This document shows positions 1 through 11,472 of a DNA stretch of 25,000 bases, in pieces. The DNA comes from Octopus vulgaris (taxonomy: Eukaryota), in assembly GCA_951406725.2 (NCBI GenBank), contig CATOCA020000040.1, forward strand, positions 1 to 25,000. The letters are read 5' to 3'. The notes under the pieces were generated by a model, which saw nothing but the letters and a program-made list of their open reading frames with translations, had not been told where the DNA came from and searched no databases. Position numbers and translations under genes: made by a program. Numbering within the stretch: position 1 is the stretch's first letter; each line of letters opens with the position of its first letter.

Positions 1-104
1 ATATCCTGGAAGACGTAAATGTTGTTAGCCATTTGGTGTTGTGTTTATGGCTGAAAATAATATTTCTGTCAATTTATCATCGTCATTGTTCTCAACTTTA
101 TCTC

Positions 105-540
105 ATAACCAAGAATTTAATTTCTTTTTTTGCTGATTTTATGGTGATAGCATTGATGACTATGTAGACTTGCATGGCAGAGTCGATGGTGTTGACTGCA
201 TGGTAATGTTGGTGAAGGACAAGGTTGATTTTGTTGAGCCTTTCTCTCTTGTTTGATTTCTTCCTTTTCTCTTATGGTGGCTTTGAAGTTTTTGGTTCTA
301 ATGGTGATCGAACACCACCAGTTGGTAAGATCTTGGGCTTGTGGCTTTTGGTGTTGTTTTGAGTTGGTTTTTGTATCTTCAAGAGGGCAATCCCATATTT
401 TCTTTGAAGAGAGCTCACTGGATAAGACTTGGCATGGGAACCTTGACTCTTCCATTCTTGTTACATGTTCTGACCATTTGGTGCTTTGACTGTTGGCTCT
501 TTCTAGGACTTAGTTGTTGGTCACTTAATATTCCTGTCTA
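105..540 (-). mobile_element. Degraded 3' end of an RTE-clade (BovB-like) LINE ORF
   Basis: The minus strand reads KWSEHVTRMEESRFPCQVLSSELS...IREKEEIKQERKAQQNQPCPSPTLPCSQHHRLCHASLHSHQCYH. This matches the RTE C-terminal pattern RWAGHVxRMxxxRLPKQxLYGEL...CxxCxRxCxSxIGLxSHxRxH. Frameshifted; boundaries approximate. Confidence 0.7.
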
Positions 541-1813
541 ATGTTCAAGAGTGAACAAAACTTTTGCTAGTGAATGTGTTCCAATTCAGTTTCTGCCAAT
601 TAACGAGACGTAAACTCAAAATCATGTAGCCAAACAGTTTTACATCTTCTAGGAGTAGAGTCAATTGTAACTGCACATGCTAAAGCATGCTCACTTGTTC
701 AAAGGGAAGGTTTCCTGTAGATTTTGGATCACATCCAGAAATTAGTTTTATATATACTCTTTCTGTATTGATATTATTTATCATTACTTGTACTTGAGTG
801 TTTATTTTACTATTTCTAAGCTACATAATCATTGTTTTGTTCAAATTTAATGTTAATTTGTTTATGTCAACCCACATTTCAGTTTTCTCATTTCTGTTGT
901 GACTATCTTCAGAAGTTGATGTAATTTTTTTTCCCAGACAAAACACATTTTTGTCATTTGCAAATAGAACAAATTTCAGTATTTTTCATACTCTACATAT
1001 ATTATTTACATGCAAAATGAACCATTTTGATCCTAATGCTAACCTATGAATTACTCTACTAGTAATATTTATGCATCTTCATTTACCCACCTATACAAAT
1101 TTTTACATGATTATTAAACCAATTAAGCCCAACCTGTCTGATACCATATCTTCCAATTTATCAAGTGGTATATTGTGATCAATGATGTCAATATATCTTC
1201 TTAGATTTTTAAATACTGCCACTCTGTACTTTTTTAACCTATACAATTAATAATTTCTTTGATTAATTTGATTAGCACTAAAGAAGTTGATCTAAACATT
1301 CTGAATGTATACTGACAGATCTTAGTTTGTGATTCTCAATGACTTTATCTTGACTTTTTCCAATATCTTAGAGATTTAAGGGGAAAAAAACCCTCTATTA
1401 TTTGTAAAATGGTGTTTATTCCTAGTTTTGTGTGATGCCATGGCTTTTGCAGTTTTCATTTTGCTTGGAAATCTACCAGTTTGTAAGGGCAAGTTTGTAA
1501 TTTTGTAAGTCCTTCAATGATTTTCTAAACTGTTGTCAAATCAGTTGAATTCAACTCAATAAAATTTTTGTTCTTACATTTGCTACACTGTCCCTGATGT
1601 CCTTTTCTTCTAGTGCTCTAAAACAAATTACATATACAGAAATAATTCTTTATGTGCTTTTGTAAACTTTGATAGTCTGTCAAGCACACCGGATAACTGT
1701 GCTCTTTAACAGCTACAACAAATTCTCTTATCTGTTTATATGTATACTGTTTTATTTCAAAAATGAAATTCACAGATTCATGTGACATTTTCTAAGCAAA
1801 GTTCCTACATGCA

Positions 1814-1851
1814 GAGCATGGATCATGCCGAGCATGGATCATGCCGAGCAT
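1814..1851. repeat. 16-bp tandem duplication (GAGCATGGATCATGCC x2.4)
   Basis: Exact copies at 1814-1829 and 1830-1845, plus a partial GAGCAT at 1846-1851. Confidence 0.9.
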
Positions 1852-2236
1852 TTGAATGGGCAATTTTTTTGTGTATGTTTTATCAGAAAAGAAAACAGAC
1901 TGAATGATTATAACTTCTTCATCTTTGGAATCATTCAAATTTTTAATCATCCATTTCTGTTTGTTTTTATACACCCACCCAGTTGCTATCAGCAAAAATC
2001 TTCAACCATGACAACTACATGTCATTCACTTTTCATGAAAAGTCTTTAATTAAGAGAGTCCTAGATCTTGATGTTAGGATTACCAATCTCTATAGCCACA
2101 GTTTCAAGAAAATTTCAGTTTAATTTCAGAATCATACATTATTTTGCTTCTGATCAATTGCCTGCTCTAAAATAAAACCCAAATGTTACCTTCTCCCCTT
2201 TCAGTTAAAAATTTCTGTAACCAAATCCAGACAATT

Positions 2237-3270
2237 GAGAGCTCTTACCTCTGCTGGTGACAAAGAGCCTCTCGCTCAGAGTTAAAGGTAGACTGTATGA
2301 CGCATGTGTACGAACAGCCATGTTACATGGGCCGTGACTGCTGAGGACATGCGTAAGCTTGCAAGGAATGAAGCCAATATGCTCCGATGGATGTGTAATG
2401 TCAGTGTGCATACTCAGCAGAGTGTAAGTACCTTGAGAGAAAAATTGGACCTAAGAAGCATTAGATGTGGTGTGCAAGAGAGACGACTGCGCTGGTATGG
2501 TCCTGTGGCGAGAATGGATGAGGATAGCTGTGTGAAAAAGTGCCACACCCTAGCAGTTGAGGGAACCTGTGGAAGAGGTAGATGCAGGAAGACCTGGGAT
2601 GAAGTGGTGAAGCACGACCTTTGAACATTAGGCGTCACCAAGGAAATGACTAGTGACTGAGACCTTTGGAAATATGCTGTGCTTAAGAATACCCGGCAAG
2701 CCAAATGAGACCATAACCTGTGGCCTATGCCAGTGGTGTAACCAGCCCACTTATGCGTACCTTTCCTTCATTGCACACTAAACTCTGGTTGCGAAGACCT
2801 ATTGAGGCAAGTGAAATTGAAATCGAAATCAAATTCGTTGACTGGCATCTGTGCTAGTGGAGTGCTAAGAGCACCATCCAAGTGCGATCATTGCTAGAGC
2901 AGCACCATTTGAGTGTGATCATTACCAGCGTCGCCTGAGTGGCACTTGTGCTGGTGGCACGTGAAAAAGCATTCGAGCGAGGTCGTTGCCAGTGCTGCTG
3001 GACTGACTCCTGTGCAGGTGGCACGTAAAAAACATGATTTGAGCGTGGCCATTGCCAGTACCACCTGACTGGCCCTCACGTTAGTGGCATGTAAAAGCAC
3101 CCACTACACTCTCGGAGTGGTTGGCGTTAGGAAGGGAATCCAGCTGTAGAAACTCTGCCAGATCAGAATGGAGCCTGGTGCAGCCATCTGGTTCGCCAGT
3201 CCTCAGTCAAATCGTCCAACCCATGCTAGCATGGAAACCGGATGTTAAATGATGATAATGATAATGATGA
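2237..3270 (+). mobile_element. 5'-truncated RTE/RTEX-type LINE (ORF C-terminus, 3'UTR, (TGA)n tail)
   Basis: Reads RELLPLLVTKSLSLRVKGRLYDACVRTAMLH/WAVTAEDMRKLARNEANMLRWMC...RRLRWYGPVARMDEDSCVKKC...GRGRCRKTWDEVVKHDL, a typical post-RT LINE region. The 3'UTR has internal repeats, the palindrome CCATGCTAGCATGG (3221-3234) and a TGATGATAATGA tail. Confidence 0.85.
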
Positions 3271-3686
3271 ATGGCTAAGTTCCAATCTCCAAATTGCCAG
3301 TGTTCTTTGTCTTTGTTTTTGCTATTATTACTTTTTAATAACCTTTTTCATATTTGTCTACATGTACGTGTGTGTGTGCACATATAAACCAATTTTAGTT
3401 AATCAAAGCAAGATATTTATAACTGGGAATGAGTGCTGATTCAGCAGATATTTGATGGTAGGAGTTTATATATCTTTTGTCTCTTACTTGTTTCAAACAT
3501 TAGACAGTGGCCATGCAGGGACACCACCTTGAAAAGTTTTAGTCAAATGAATCAACCCTAGTACTTATTTTAGTAAGCCTGGTACTTATTCTATTGGTCT
3601 CTTTTGCTGAACTGTTAAGTTACGGGGGTGTAAACACACTAGCACCAGTTGTCTAGCAGTGGTGAGGGACAAACATAGATACAAAG

Positions 3687-3719
3687 ACACACACACACAC
3701 ACTCTCTCTTTCTCTCCCT

Positions 3720-3753
<34 letters not shown>

Positions 3754-3780
3754 TATATATATCATCATCATCATCATCAT
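3687..3780. repeat. Compound microsatellite (CA)n(CT)n(CA)n(TA)n(ATC)n
   Basis: Seen directly in the sequence. Confidence 0.95.
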
Positions 3781-3955
3781 TTAACGTCTGTTTTCCATGT
3801 TAGCATGGGTTGGATGGTTCGACCGGGGTCTGGTAAGCCATGGAGGCTGCACCAGGCTCTAGTCTGATTTGGCAGCATTTCTACAGCTGGATGCCCTTCC
3901 TAACACCAACCACTCCGTGAGTGTAGTGGGTGTTTTTTATGTGCCACTGGCACAG
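3761..3955 (-). mobile_element. 3'-tail-only copy of the RTE/RTEX LINE (short truncated LINE or SINE-like)
   Basis: Reverse complement of about 3080-3270. It begins with (ATC)n and contains TTCCATGTTAGCATGGGTTGGA and CTACAGCTGGATGCCCTTCCTAAC. Confidence 0.85.
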
Positions 3956-4599
3956 GGGCTAGATACATACAACAAGCTGCTTTCAGTTTCTATCTATCAA
4001 ATCCAATCCACTCACAAGGCATTGGTCCACCCAGGGCTATAGTAAAAGATACTTGCCCAAGGTGCCATGCAGTGGAATTGAACCTGGAACCATGTGGTTG
4101 GGAAGCAAACTTCTTACCACACAGCCACACTTGTGTATGAGAATTACTCAAATGAGAATGAATCTCAAATACCACAAAAAAAAAAATCATAGAATATCTA
4201 CTACCAGTTACCTAATAGCTGATGTTGAACTGAAAACAGTTGCTCTTTGGCCACACAATATATAGCAGTTGTGGACACCATGAATCACTTGTATATAAAT
4301 TGACCAGAAACAGACAGAGGAAAGAAACTATTATTGTATATATATCACCAATAAATGATACTTGTCTTAGCAAGGTAAAGAAAAATACCTTCAGAGTGGT
4401 CTGCAGAAGGAATGTAATAAATTGGGTAATTTATACATGCCCTGAGATATAGTAAATAAACATGCATGAACCTAGGTAATACATGTAATGGGTAGTATTT
4501 TTTAATGCCTACATGTGTAAGTATGTGTATGAATATATTATCATTTTCATCATTTTAATATTCACTTTCTATGCTTGTTTGGGTTAGTTGGATGCAGTG

Positions 4600-6305
4600 T
4601 AAGAACCAGAAGCATGATGTTTTCTGGATTACACAAGAGTGTGCCAGAGAAAACAGATGTGTTAAGGAGTGTATACAGAATGTTGGAAGTGCTACTGTGA
4701 GAGCCTTTTAAATCTGGGGACTACTTGAGGGAGGGCTTACTCTAAGTAGACCCAATAAAGGGACCAGCTATATAATTTGATAGCAGTACAGTTAAGATGA
4801 TTAAAGATATGAACACAGAAGGTTACTGGTCTAAGTGGGATAGTTTCCAAGATGATTAAAATGTCCAGTGGAGTAGGAGACATTGATAGTCATCCACATA
4901 ATCAGCCAATACAGGAAAGCATCATTCCCAATAACTAATGTAGCACTGTCATTGTCAACTATCAAAAAGGAAAAGATGTACTAGACTGAGGAAATTGCAC
5001 AGGCATCAGCTTCTGAAAGTTACTGACAGAGAGTGTCACAACATAATTGATTAGGAAGGGATGTAGTTTGGCTTTTTGCTGGGAAAAGACAGTACTAATT
5101 CCCTCTATTTATTGAGACAATTTCAAGAAAAGTGCTTAGGTAGAAGTCATTGAATCTAGCATTTTTTGATATAGAGAAGGCCTTTGACAAAATTCCACAC
5201 TAAGTAATTTAGTAGTTGCTAAGGAAGACAGGGATAGAAGAATGGCTTGTGAAAACCATGCAAACCATGTACAGAGGTGCAGTCAGTCAGGTAAGAATTA
5301 ATAATAAGCACAGCAATACATTTTGCGTAACAGTAGTGATCTATCTGGGATCAGTTTTTAACTTATCTCTGTTTATGATCATCCTCCAGACCATAACAAA
5401 AGAATCTAAGACCAATAGTCTGCAGAAACTCATTTATGCAGATGAATTAATTCTAATGACAGGGTCTGAAGGAGAATTAGAGAAGAAAATTCAGATGTGG
5501 GCGCAAACCTAGAATTGAGAGGCCTCAAAGTAAACTTAGTAAATATTTAAGTTTTAGTGAGTAGGAAAGAAGGCAGGACACTGCTACCATCATGGAAATG
5601 GCCAAGCTTGATATGCAGAAAAGGAATAGGTAGAAAATAGTCACTGTAAACTATATAGCATAGTGAAATCAGAGGCAAACTAAAGGGAATGTAAGTTTTA
5701 TATGTGCTAGATACTCAGGAGTTGCAAGCACTATGAGCACACATGAAATAGATTTTCTCAAGTGCTTTAACTGTTCTCTAGTATTAGTTGATAGTTTCTG
5801 TTACATAGGTGGGAAGTGGAGTGCTTCAAAAACCAGAAGAAGAACAGACTGGGAGAAGATCAGGGAGTAGTTACTCTGCTGGAAACAGATTTTCTCTCAC
5901 AGAATGAAGGAAAGACTGTACCTTGTACCTTGAAGCTCCACCATGACACCTCATCACCATTATTTTATCTATGACCAGTTCCATCCTAGTCACTCCCATC
6001 TTTTCTTTCTTTCTTCTATAATGGGGGAAGCCATGTACTACACCATAGTAAGAAACCATTTCTCTTCTGACCCCTTTTTTCATAGTTAAGTCCCTCATCA
6101 TAAAGCCACTCCGCTCTCCTGTAGCCCCACTCAGATGAATGAGATCTTAGTCTTGCAAGCTGCATTGCAACTTTTCAAGGGCTGATAAATACCATGCTAA
6201 AGCAGACATTGGAGCACGATGCAGTCCTTGATTCTGTCAGATCCTGTCAACTCATTCAACCCATGTGAGCATGGAACATGAATGTTAATTGTTGCTGCTG
6301 CTGAT
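4600..6305 (+). mobile_element. Degraded RTE/RTEX LINE with RT domain remnant
   Basis: Broken RT motifs: FGFLxGK..RQFQEK..AFFDIEKAFDKIP..LRKTGIEEWLVKTMQTMY..GSVFNLSLFMIIL..IYADELIL (YADD-like), then GKWPSLICRKGIGR. The family 3' tail (CAACCCATGTGAGCATGGA...GTTAA) is at about 6255-6300. Many stops and frameshifts. Confidence 0.8.
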
Positions 6306-6307
6306 AC

Positions 6308-6331
6308 ATATATATATATATATATATATAT
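6308..6331. repeat. (TA)n microsatellite
   Basis: Seen directly in the sequence. Confidence 0.95.
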
Positions 6332-6609
6332 GCACATGTACATACATATGCTTGTGTGTGATCATAATTGCTGTATTTAGTCTTACTTTATGTTAAAGAA
6401 ACTGTCATCTTTGCCCTACTTTTCTGATATGCTATCACATAAATAGTTCTGGGTATGACAGTAAACTGCAGCTGGTGGTGAGGCTCCAATTCAAGAGTTC
6501 TGAGATTCTCAGGAGAATGGAGTTATCCTTTAGTTACTATTACTCTGGGTCTGCTCTGACCCAGGGTGGTAGGACCCATCAGGGTTCCATCTATAGGTTA
6601 AATAGGCTT

Positions 6610-9600
6610 AGTGGCAAAGCGTACTGAACAGACTTGATGTACCAAGACCCTCAGTCCATGGACATGTTGTGTAGCATCCAGTAGTCACCTCTTCCCAGCC
6701 TGGGTAACTGCCACTGTGCTTCTGATGAAGGTTTTTGAGCTAGAGGATAGGAGAAGGAAACTCTGATGTGAAACTTTTAACCTGAGGACCCTGCTGTCAC
6801 TATCCTAGCTTGCTGGGCCATGGTAAATGAACCCTGAGTGTAAATGGTTGGGCTATTTCAGTGCACACTGCTCTTCACCTAAAAACTCCACTGCACAGGC
6901 TTGACAGACACAGCCACAACCACCAATTATTCCAAGTCCTGTAGCAATGGGAAAAGGGTGTAAATGGCAGGTGGAAGACAACACTGGAAGCTATAGTCCT
7001 TGTCCTGCATGCAGGTGGTTTAGGATATTGGTCATCTGATGGTGACCTGGCGATGACAGCATTGTTCTGCACACTTTGAATAACCAAGCTGCCTTCTAGG
7101 GACAACACTGCTTGCTCCATATGGAGAGGGGCCTAGAATAGATGGCCTAAACAAAGCTTGTCTCCTGCCCCCCCCCCCCTCCCAGTGGCAAACTACTGTC
7201 AACAGGCATCTTCGCTTACGGTCAAACAGTATCAAGGACAAAGTGATACACACCCACCTGCAAAGGTATGAAAGGACCAACTTGTCATCACAAACACCGT
7301 CTTCCAGAAGAAAGACAGTTTGAAAACAACCTGGATGCATTCTTGGTACAAACATTAACACCTCATTGATTAGATTTTAGTGTGCCCTCATGATATGAAA
7401 GATGTCTTGCATACCAGAGTGATGACCAGTGTGTCCGTCAAGTGTAGAATGTCACACCAACCATTGCCTTGTTCCAAAGAAAGGATGAGCCCTCAGGAAA
7501 AAGTTAAAGGTTAGCAGTCTCCAGTCAGCTTAAGTGAAAGCAAAATTTTTGGCAGCTCTTCAGTTGAAGCTTGAAAATGCAAGTGTCCTCACTGATCCCT
7601 TTACTGAAACACTTTGGAAACAACACGAAACTCATTCTGCAGACATTTTGGGAAGTCTTTGGATTCACTTCAAGGGGAAACAAAGACTGGTTTGATGAAA
7701 ACAATGAGGACATTTGAGTATGGCTGGTGAAGAGAGTCATACATCAGGCCCATTTAGCTCAGTTATCTTGTCCTGAGAAGAAAGTTGCATTCCATCTTGT
7801 ATGCAGTAACCTCCAGTACAAGCTTCAAAAGGTCCAGAACAAGTGGTGGACCAATCTTACTGAGAGAAGTCAGCTGTGTGCAGACACTGGAGACATCATG
7901 GGCATCTATGAAACCTTAAAGGTGGTGTATGGTCCTTTGCATCAGGTCCAGAGTAAAACATAGTGAAGAGGCCAGGCACTCCTTGCAGACAGAACATTTC
8001 CAGGCCCTCTTTAGTGCTAACCGCACTGTCTAGGAATCAGCAATTCTCTGTTTTCCCCAACAATTAGTAAAAGCAAAATTAGGTGAGTTGTCCACCATTG
8101 AAGAGTTCACCGAGCAGCTGAAAAATGGCAAAACTGCAGGAGGTGATGGAATCCCACCAGAGATTTGGAAGCATGGGGGCCTAGTGTTACATACAAAACT
8201 TCACAAGCTCCTTGTCTGTAGCTGCATGCAGGGCAAACTACCACAAGATCTCCGCAATGTAATTATCATCACTCTATATAAGAACAAAGGGGAAAAGTCA
8301 AACTGCTCTAATTACTGAGAGATTACTCTGCTCTCCCCCCACAGGAAAAATCCTCACAAGGGTTTTGTTAACAGACTGGTATCCACCATCACTGAAGAAG
8401 ACCTTCCAGAGAGCCAGTGTGGCTTCAGAGCCAACAGGTACACCACAGACATGGTATTTATTCTCAGGCAGCTCCAAGAAAAGTGCCAGGAGCAAAACAA
8501 AGGGTTGTATGTAACATATGTTCACCTAACTAAAATATTTGGCATATTGAGTAGGAAAGGAATGTGAAAAGATCATGGAATGACTTGGTTGTCCCTCAAA
8601 CTTCCTGAATATGGTCATCCAACTGCATGAAGACCAGTGTGGCCAAGTCAGACTCAGCAATGACTGCTCAGAGCCCTCCCAATCACCAATTGAGTGAAAC
8701 AGGGTTGCATACTGGCACCAACTCTCTTTGCCATCTTCTTCAGCATGATGCTCAACCAGGTCACAAAAGATTTTGCTGATGAGACCATCTTGATTGCAAC
8801 CAGTTTAATCTTCAATGATTACAGGCCCACATGAAGACCCTGGAACAACCGATCCAAGATGTCTTCTTTGTCACTGATGTTGCCCTTGTTGCCCAGAGCC
8901 TTGCAGAAGCTGTCTAGCTCTTTTGGCTTGAAGTCAGCTTAAAGATGGAGGTACTTCATCAGCCTGCACCTTGGGAAGAATATCACTCTCCTCGCATCAC
9001 CATGAGTGAGACTGAATTGAAAATGGTTCATTGGTTCACCTACCTGGGGTGCACCACTATGTCAAATGTCAAGATCAACAGGGAAATAGACAACAGACTA
9101 GCAAAGGTGAACAATGCATTTGATAGGCCGTACAAATGCATGTGGACCAACAAGCACCTGAAAAAAGGCACCATGATCAGCATGTACAGAACAATAGTAT
9201 TTACCACTCCCCTATGTGGTAAATACTATGACTCTGTACATGCTTATCTGTACGACTCCTTGAGCACTTCAATCAGTGCTGCTTTTGCACTATCCTCAAC
9301 ATCTACTAGAATGGCATCATCACCAGTATTGAAGTCCTTAAACAGGTAGAGGTCACCAGCATCAAGAACATGTTGCTGTAGTCAGCAGGATATGTCACTA
9401 GGATGAAGAATCATTGCCTACCCAAGATCATGCTTTACAGTGACCTCTACATTGGCCATTGTGACAGAAAGGCACCAGAGAAGTGATAAAAAGACTGCTT
9501 GAAAAAAATCCCTTGGTGCCTGTCACATTGACCATTGCTGGTGGTCCACCCTAGCTGAGGACTGTGATGCTTGGCATCTCACCATCAACCATGCTGTCTC

Positions 9601-9800
9601 CTCCTTTGAAAACATCCGCAGGGCGAGTCTCAAGGACAAAAGGTGTAGGAGGAATAACTACACCACCATGTCATCAAATCCTGACCAGCCACAGTGGCTG
9701 TACCTTCCTGTCTTACATTGGTCTTCTCAGCCATGAGTGTGCTAGCAGTCAATCTGAACTAGCCCCTTCTCAAACCTTCATTCACAAAGCCAAGTCAAGA
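6610..9800 (+). mobile_element. Near-full-length but decayed RTE-clade (BovB-like) LINE: APE endonuclease + RT + C-terminal Cys/His motif
   Basis: The endonuclease C-terminus ITNTVFQKKDSLKTTWMH...HLID*ILV...ECHTNHCLV lies at about 7285-7475. RT motifs KTAGGDGIPPEIWKHGG, LYKNKGEKSNCSNY, LPESQCGFR, ILRQLQEKCQEQNKGLY, VKQGCILAPTLF and FTYLGC follow, ending in GCTFLSYIGLLSHECA (~9700-9745). Multiple stops and frameshifts; the N-terminal part of the endonuclease appears deleted. The 5' boundary is approximate. Confidence 0.9.
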
Positions 9801-10153
9801 TCACATAAACAGAAAATATTTCTTTAAATTTTTATAAAGAATGAAACTTTTCAAATAGTCCTCATGTCTGTTTAAGTTTGTGCTGTTTTTGTTTTTGTCT
9901 TTTTTATTTTGTTATGAGGCAAAAGTATATTAATGTGTTTCCTTCACAATTTTCATTTTCTCCACTTTTTGCACCTTCAGCAATTTTCTGAACTATTGAC
10001 CAAATCTCATGATATCATTACTTTTCATTGCTAAGGCTTTTGAGAAAGGAGTTAAATCAATATCTTCTTTTCTATTCTTAGTGTGAAATGCATGAATTGG
10101 CCTCACATTATTATTGTGTTAAAGATCATAAGTTTCAATTTTGTGTTTTTCAG

Positions 10154-10308
10154 GAATTTGCAAGCTGCAATTTGTTCATATTATGATTTTGAACAACCTA
10201 GTATTCGCCTACCGTCCATGTCTTTTGTCAAAGATGTCACTGTTGGAGAAGGAGAGTCAGTTCCACCAAATACTAAATTCACTAAAACTTGGCGACTGCA
10301 AAATTCAG
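10154..10308 (+). CDS. ILRUN: ILRUN (C6orf106) internal coding exon A: end of UBA-like domain and start of NBR1-FW domain
   Basis: Acceptor TTGTGTTTTTCAG|G and donor CAG|GTAAAA; 155 nt, phase 2 to phase 1. Encodes (W)NLQAAICSYYDFEQPSIRLPSMSFVKDVTVGEGESVPPNTKFTKTWRLQNS(G), matching vertebrate ILRUN NLQAAIGAYYDFE...SMSFVEDVTIGEGESIPP...KTWRIQNSG as I recall it. Confidence 0.95.
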
Positions 10309-11472
10309 GTAAAAATTAAAACAATATCATTATCACTAATCTTATTATCTTTAGCATCTATTTTACCATGTGGTTATGAGTGAGATGAGTATGCAGCAAA
10401 GCAACTCTATCTATCTAGATATTGTGTTTGTAAAGCCCTACATGCTCAGAACTGATCTAATATCTTCTTTTCAAATCTTCTCCCATCAATACTTTCCACC
10501 TTGAACTGAAAACCCTGTTTCACCTATTGTTTATAATTTATTTGTGTATTGTAGTCAAACTAATGTGATAATCTCTGTGGAGCTTATCAGCTAAAAGCTC
10601 TACATTTATATGCTTCTCAGATTATTTACACCTAATTGAAATATAGCTATTAATATTAAATATGTGTTAAATAAATTGGAAGTAAAATACATATTACTTT
10701 TACATCTGTATACATATTACATACAAAGTTATATTTGTGCTTCTGAGCCCAGGTGCTGTATTGAAGAATTGAGTTCCATCTTTATTGCTATCATAAGTAA
10801 ATTATGTTAATGGACCCATAACCTCTTGGGCTCTGCAAGCTGCATTACCTATAAGCATCAACTTTGGGAAAGCAGTAGTCATGACACACAGTATGCTTGG
10901 GTGTCTAAGCTTGATGCAACCTTTCCCTCTACAGCTCTAGCCACAGTCAGTTTCTTAACCAGAAAGTGAGATGGAAAGAGAGAAAGACAAAGAAAGAACA
11001 AGTGTCATAAAATAAGGGAGCACTCAATATTTGGATATGGAATTAAATACTTTTTGTAATTAAAGTATCAATTTTGTAAAAAATATTGCTCTGAGTTTCA
11101 GATAAATTTAAATTAAGATTATGTATAGAGATCTGGATTTAAAATAGTCATATATATTTCAACTAACCTCAAAGAACTCTATGTATAAAAGAAGTTATGA
11201 AAGAAGTGGCTTCATTTTATGTAAATCTGAAGTGAACTTACTTCATTTATTTATTGAGTTGTTGCAATTAGATCTAAGTGTGTTTGAAGAATTTTAAACC
11301 CAGCAATAGTCAAGATTTGATCAAATTCTAGAATTTTTGCTTGAGTTTATCTCTGAAATTCAAAGTAATAAGTTTTGACATATATAAATATATGTATGTA
11401 TGTGTGAGAATGAATGCCTAGATTTTGATGTTGATACCTTTTTAAAAACAATGTTCTTTATTTATGTTATTG

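Larger units (their letters stand above)
3471..4135 (-). mobile_element. tRNA-derived SINE with internal microsatellite, interrupted by a LINE-tail insertion
   Basis: Minus-strand Pol III A box TGGCTGTGTGG (4117-4127) and B box GGTTCAATTCC (4074-4084), followed by CORE-like CCTTGGGCAAGT. The head is homologous to the + strand copy at 11473-11650. The body continues on the other side of the (CA)/(CT)/(TA) tract to about 3471. Confidence 0.8.

Noticed and set aside
4-654. Short inverted match TCCTGGAAGACGTAAA (4-19) versus TTTACATCTTCTAGGA (639-654)
   Set aside because: Only 14 of 16 bases match and it lies at the window edge, so it cannot be distinguished from chance without upstream sequence.
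3586-3780. ORF MMMMMMIYICVCVRERERE..
   Set aside because: It is the translation of a compound microsatellite.
4060-4135. tRNA gene (A and B boxes present)
   Set aside because: There is no convincing cloverleaf. It continues into a SINE body and has a decayed second copy at 11473, so it is a SINE head.
6445-6605. Possible separate short interspersed repeat upstream of the RTE LINE
   Set aside because: It resembles an octopus repeat from memory, but there is no second copy or structural hallmark in the window to support it.
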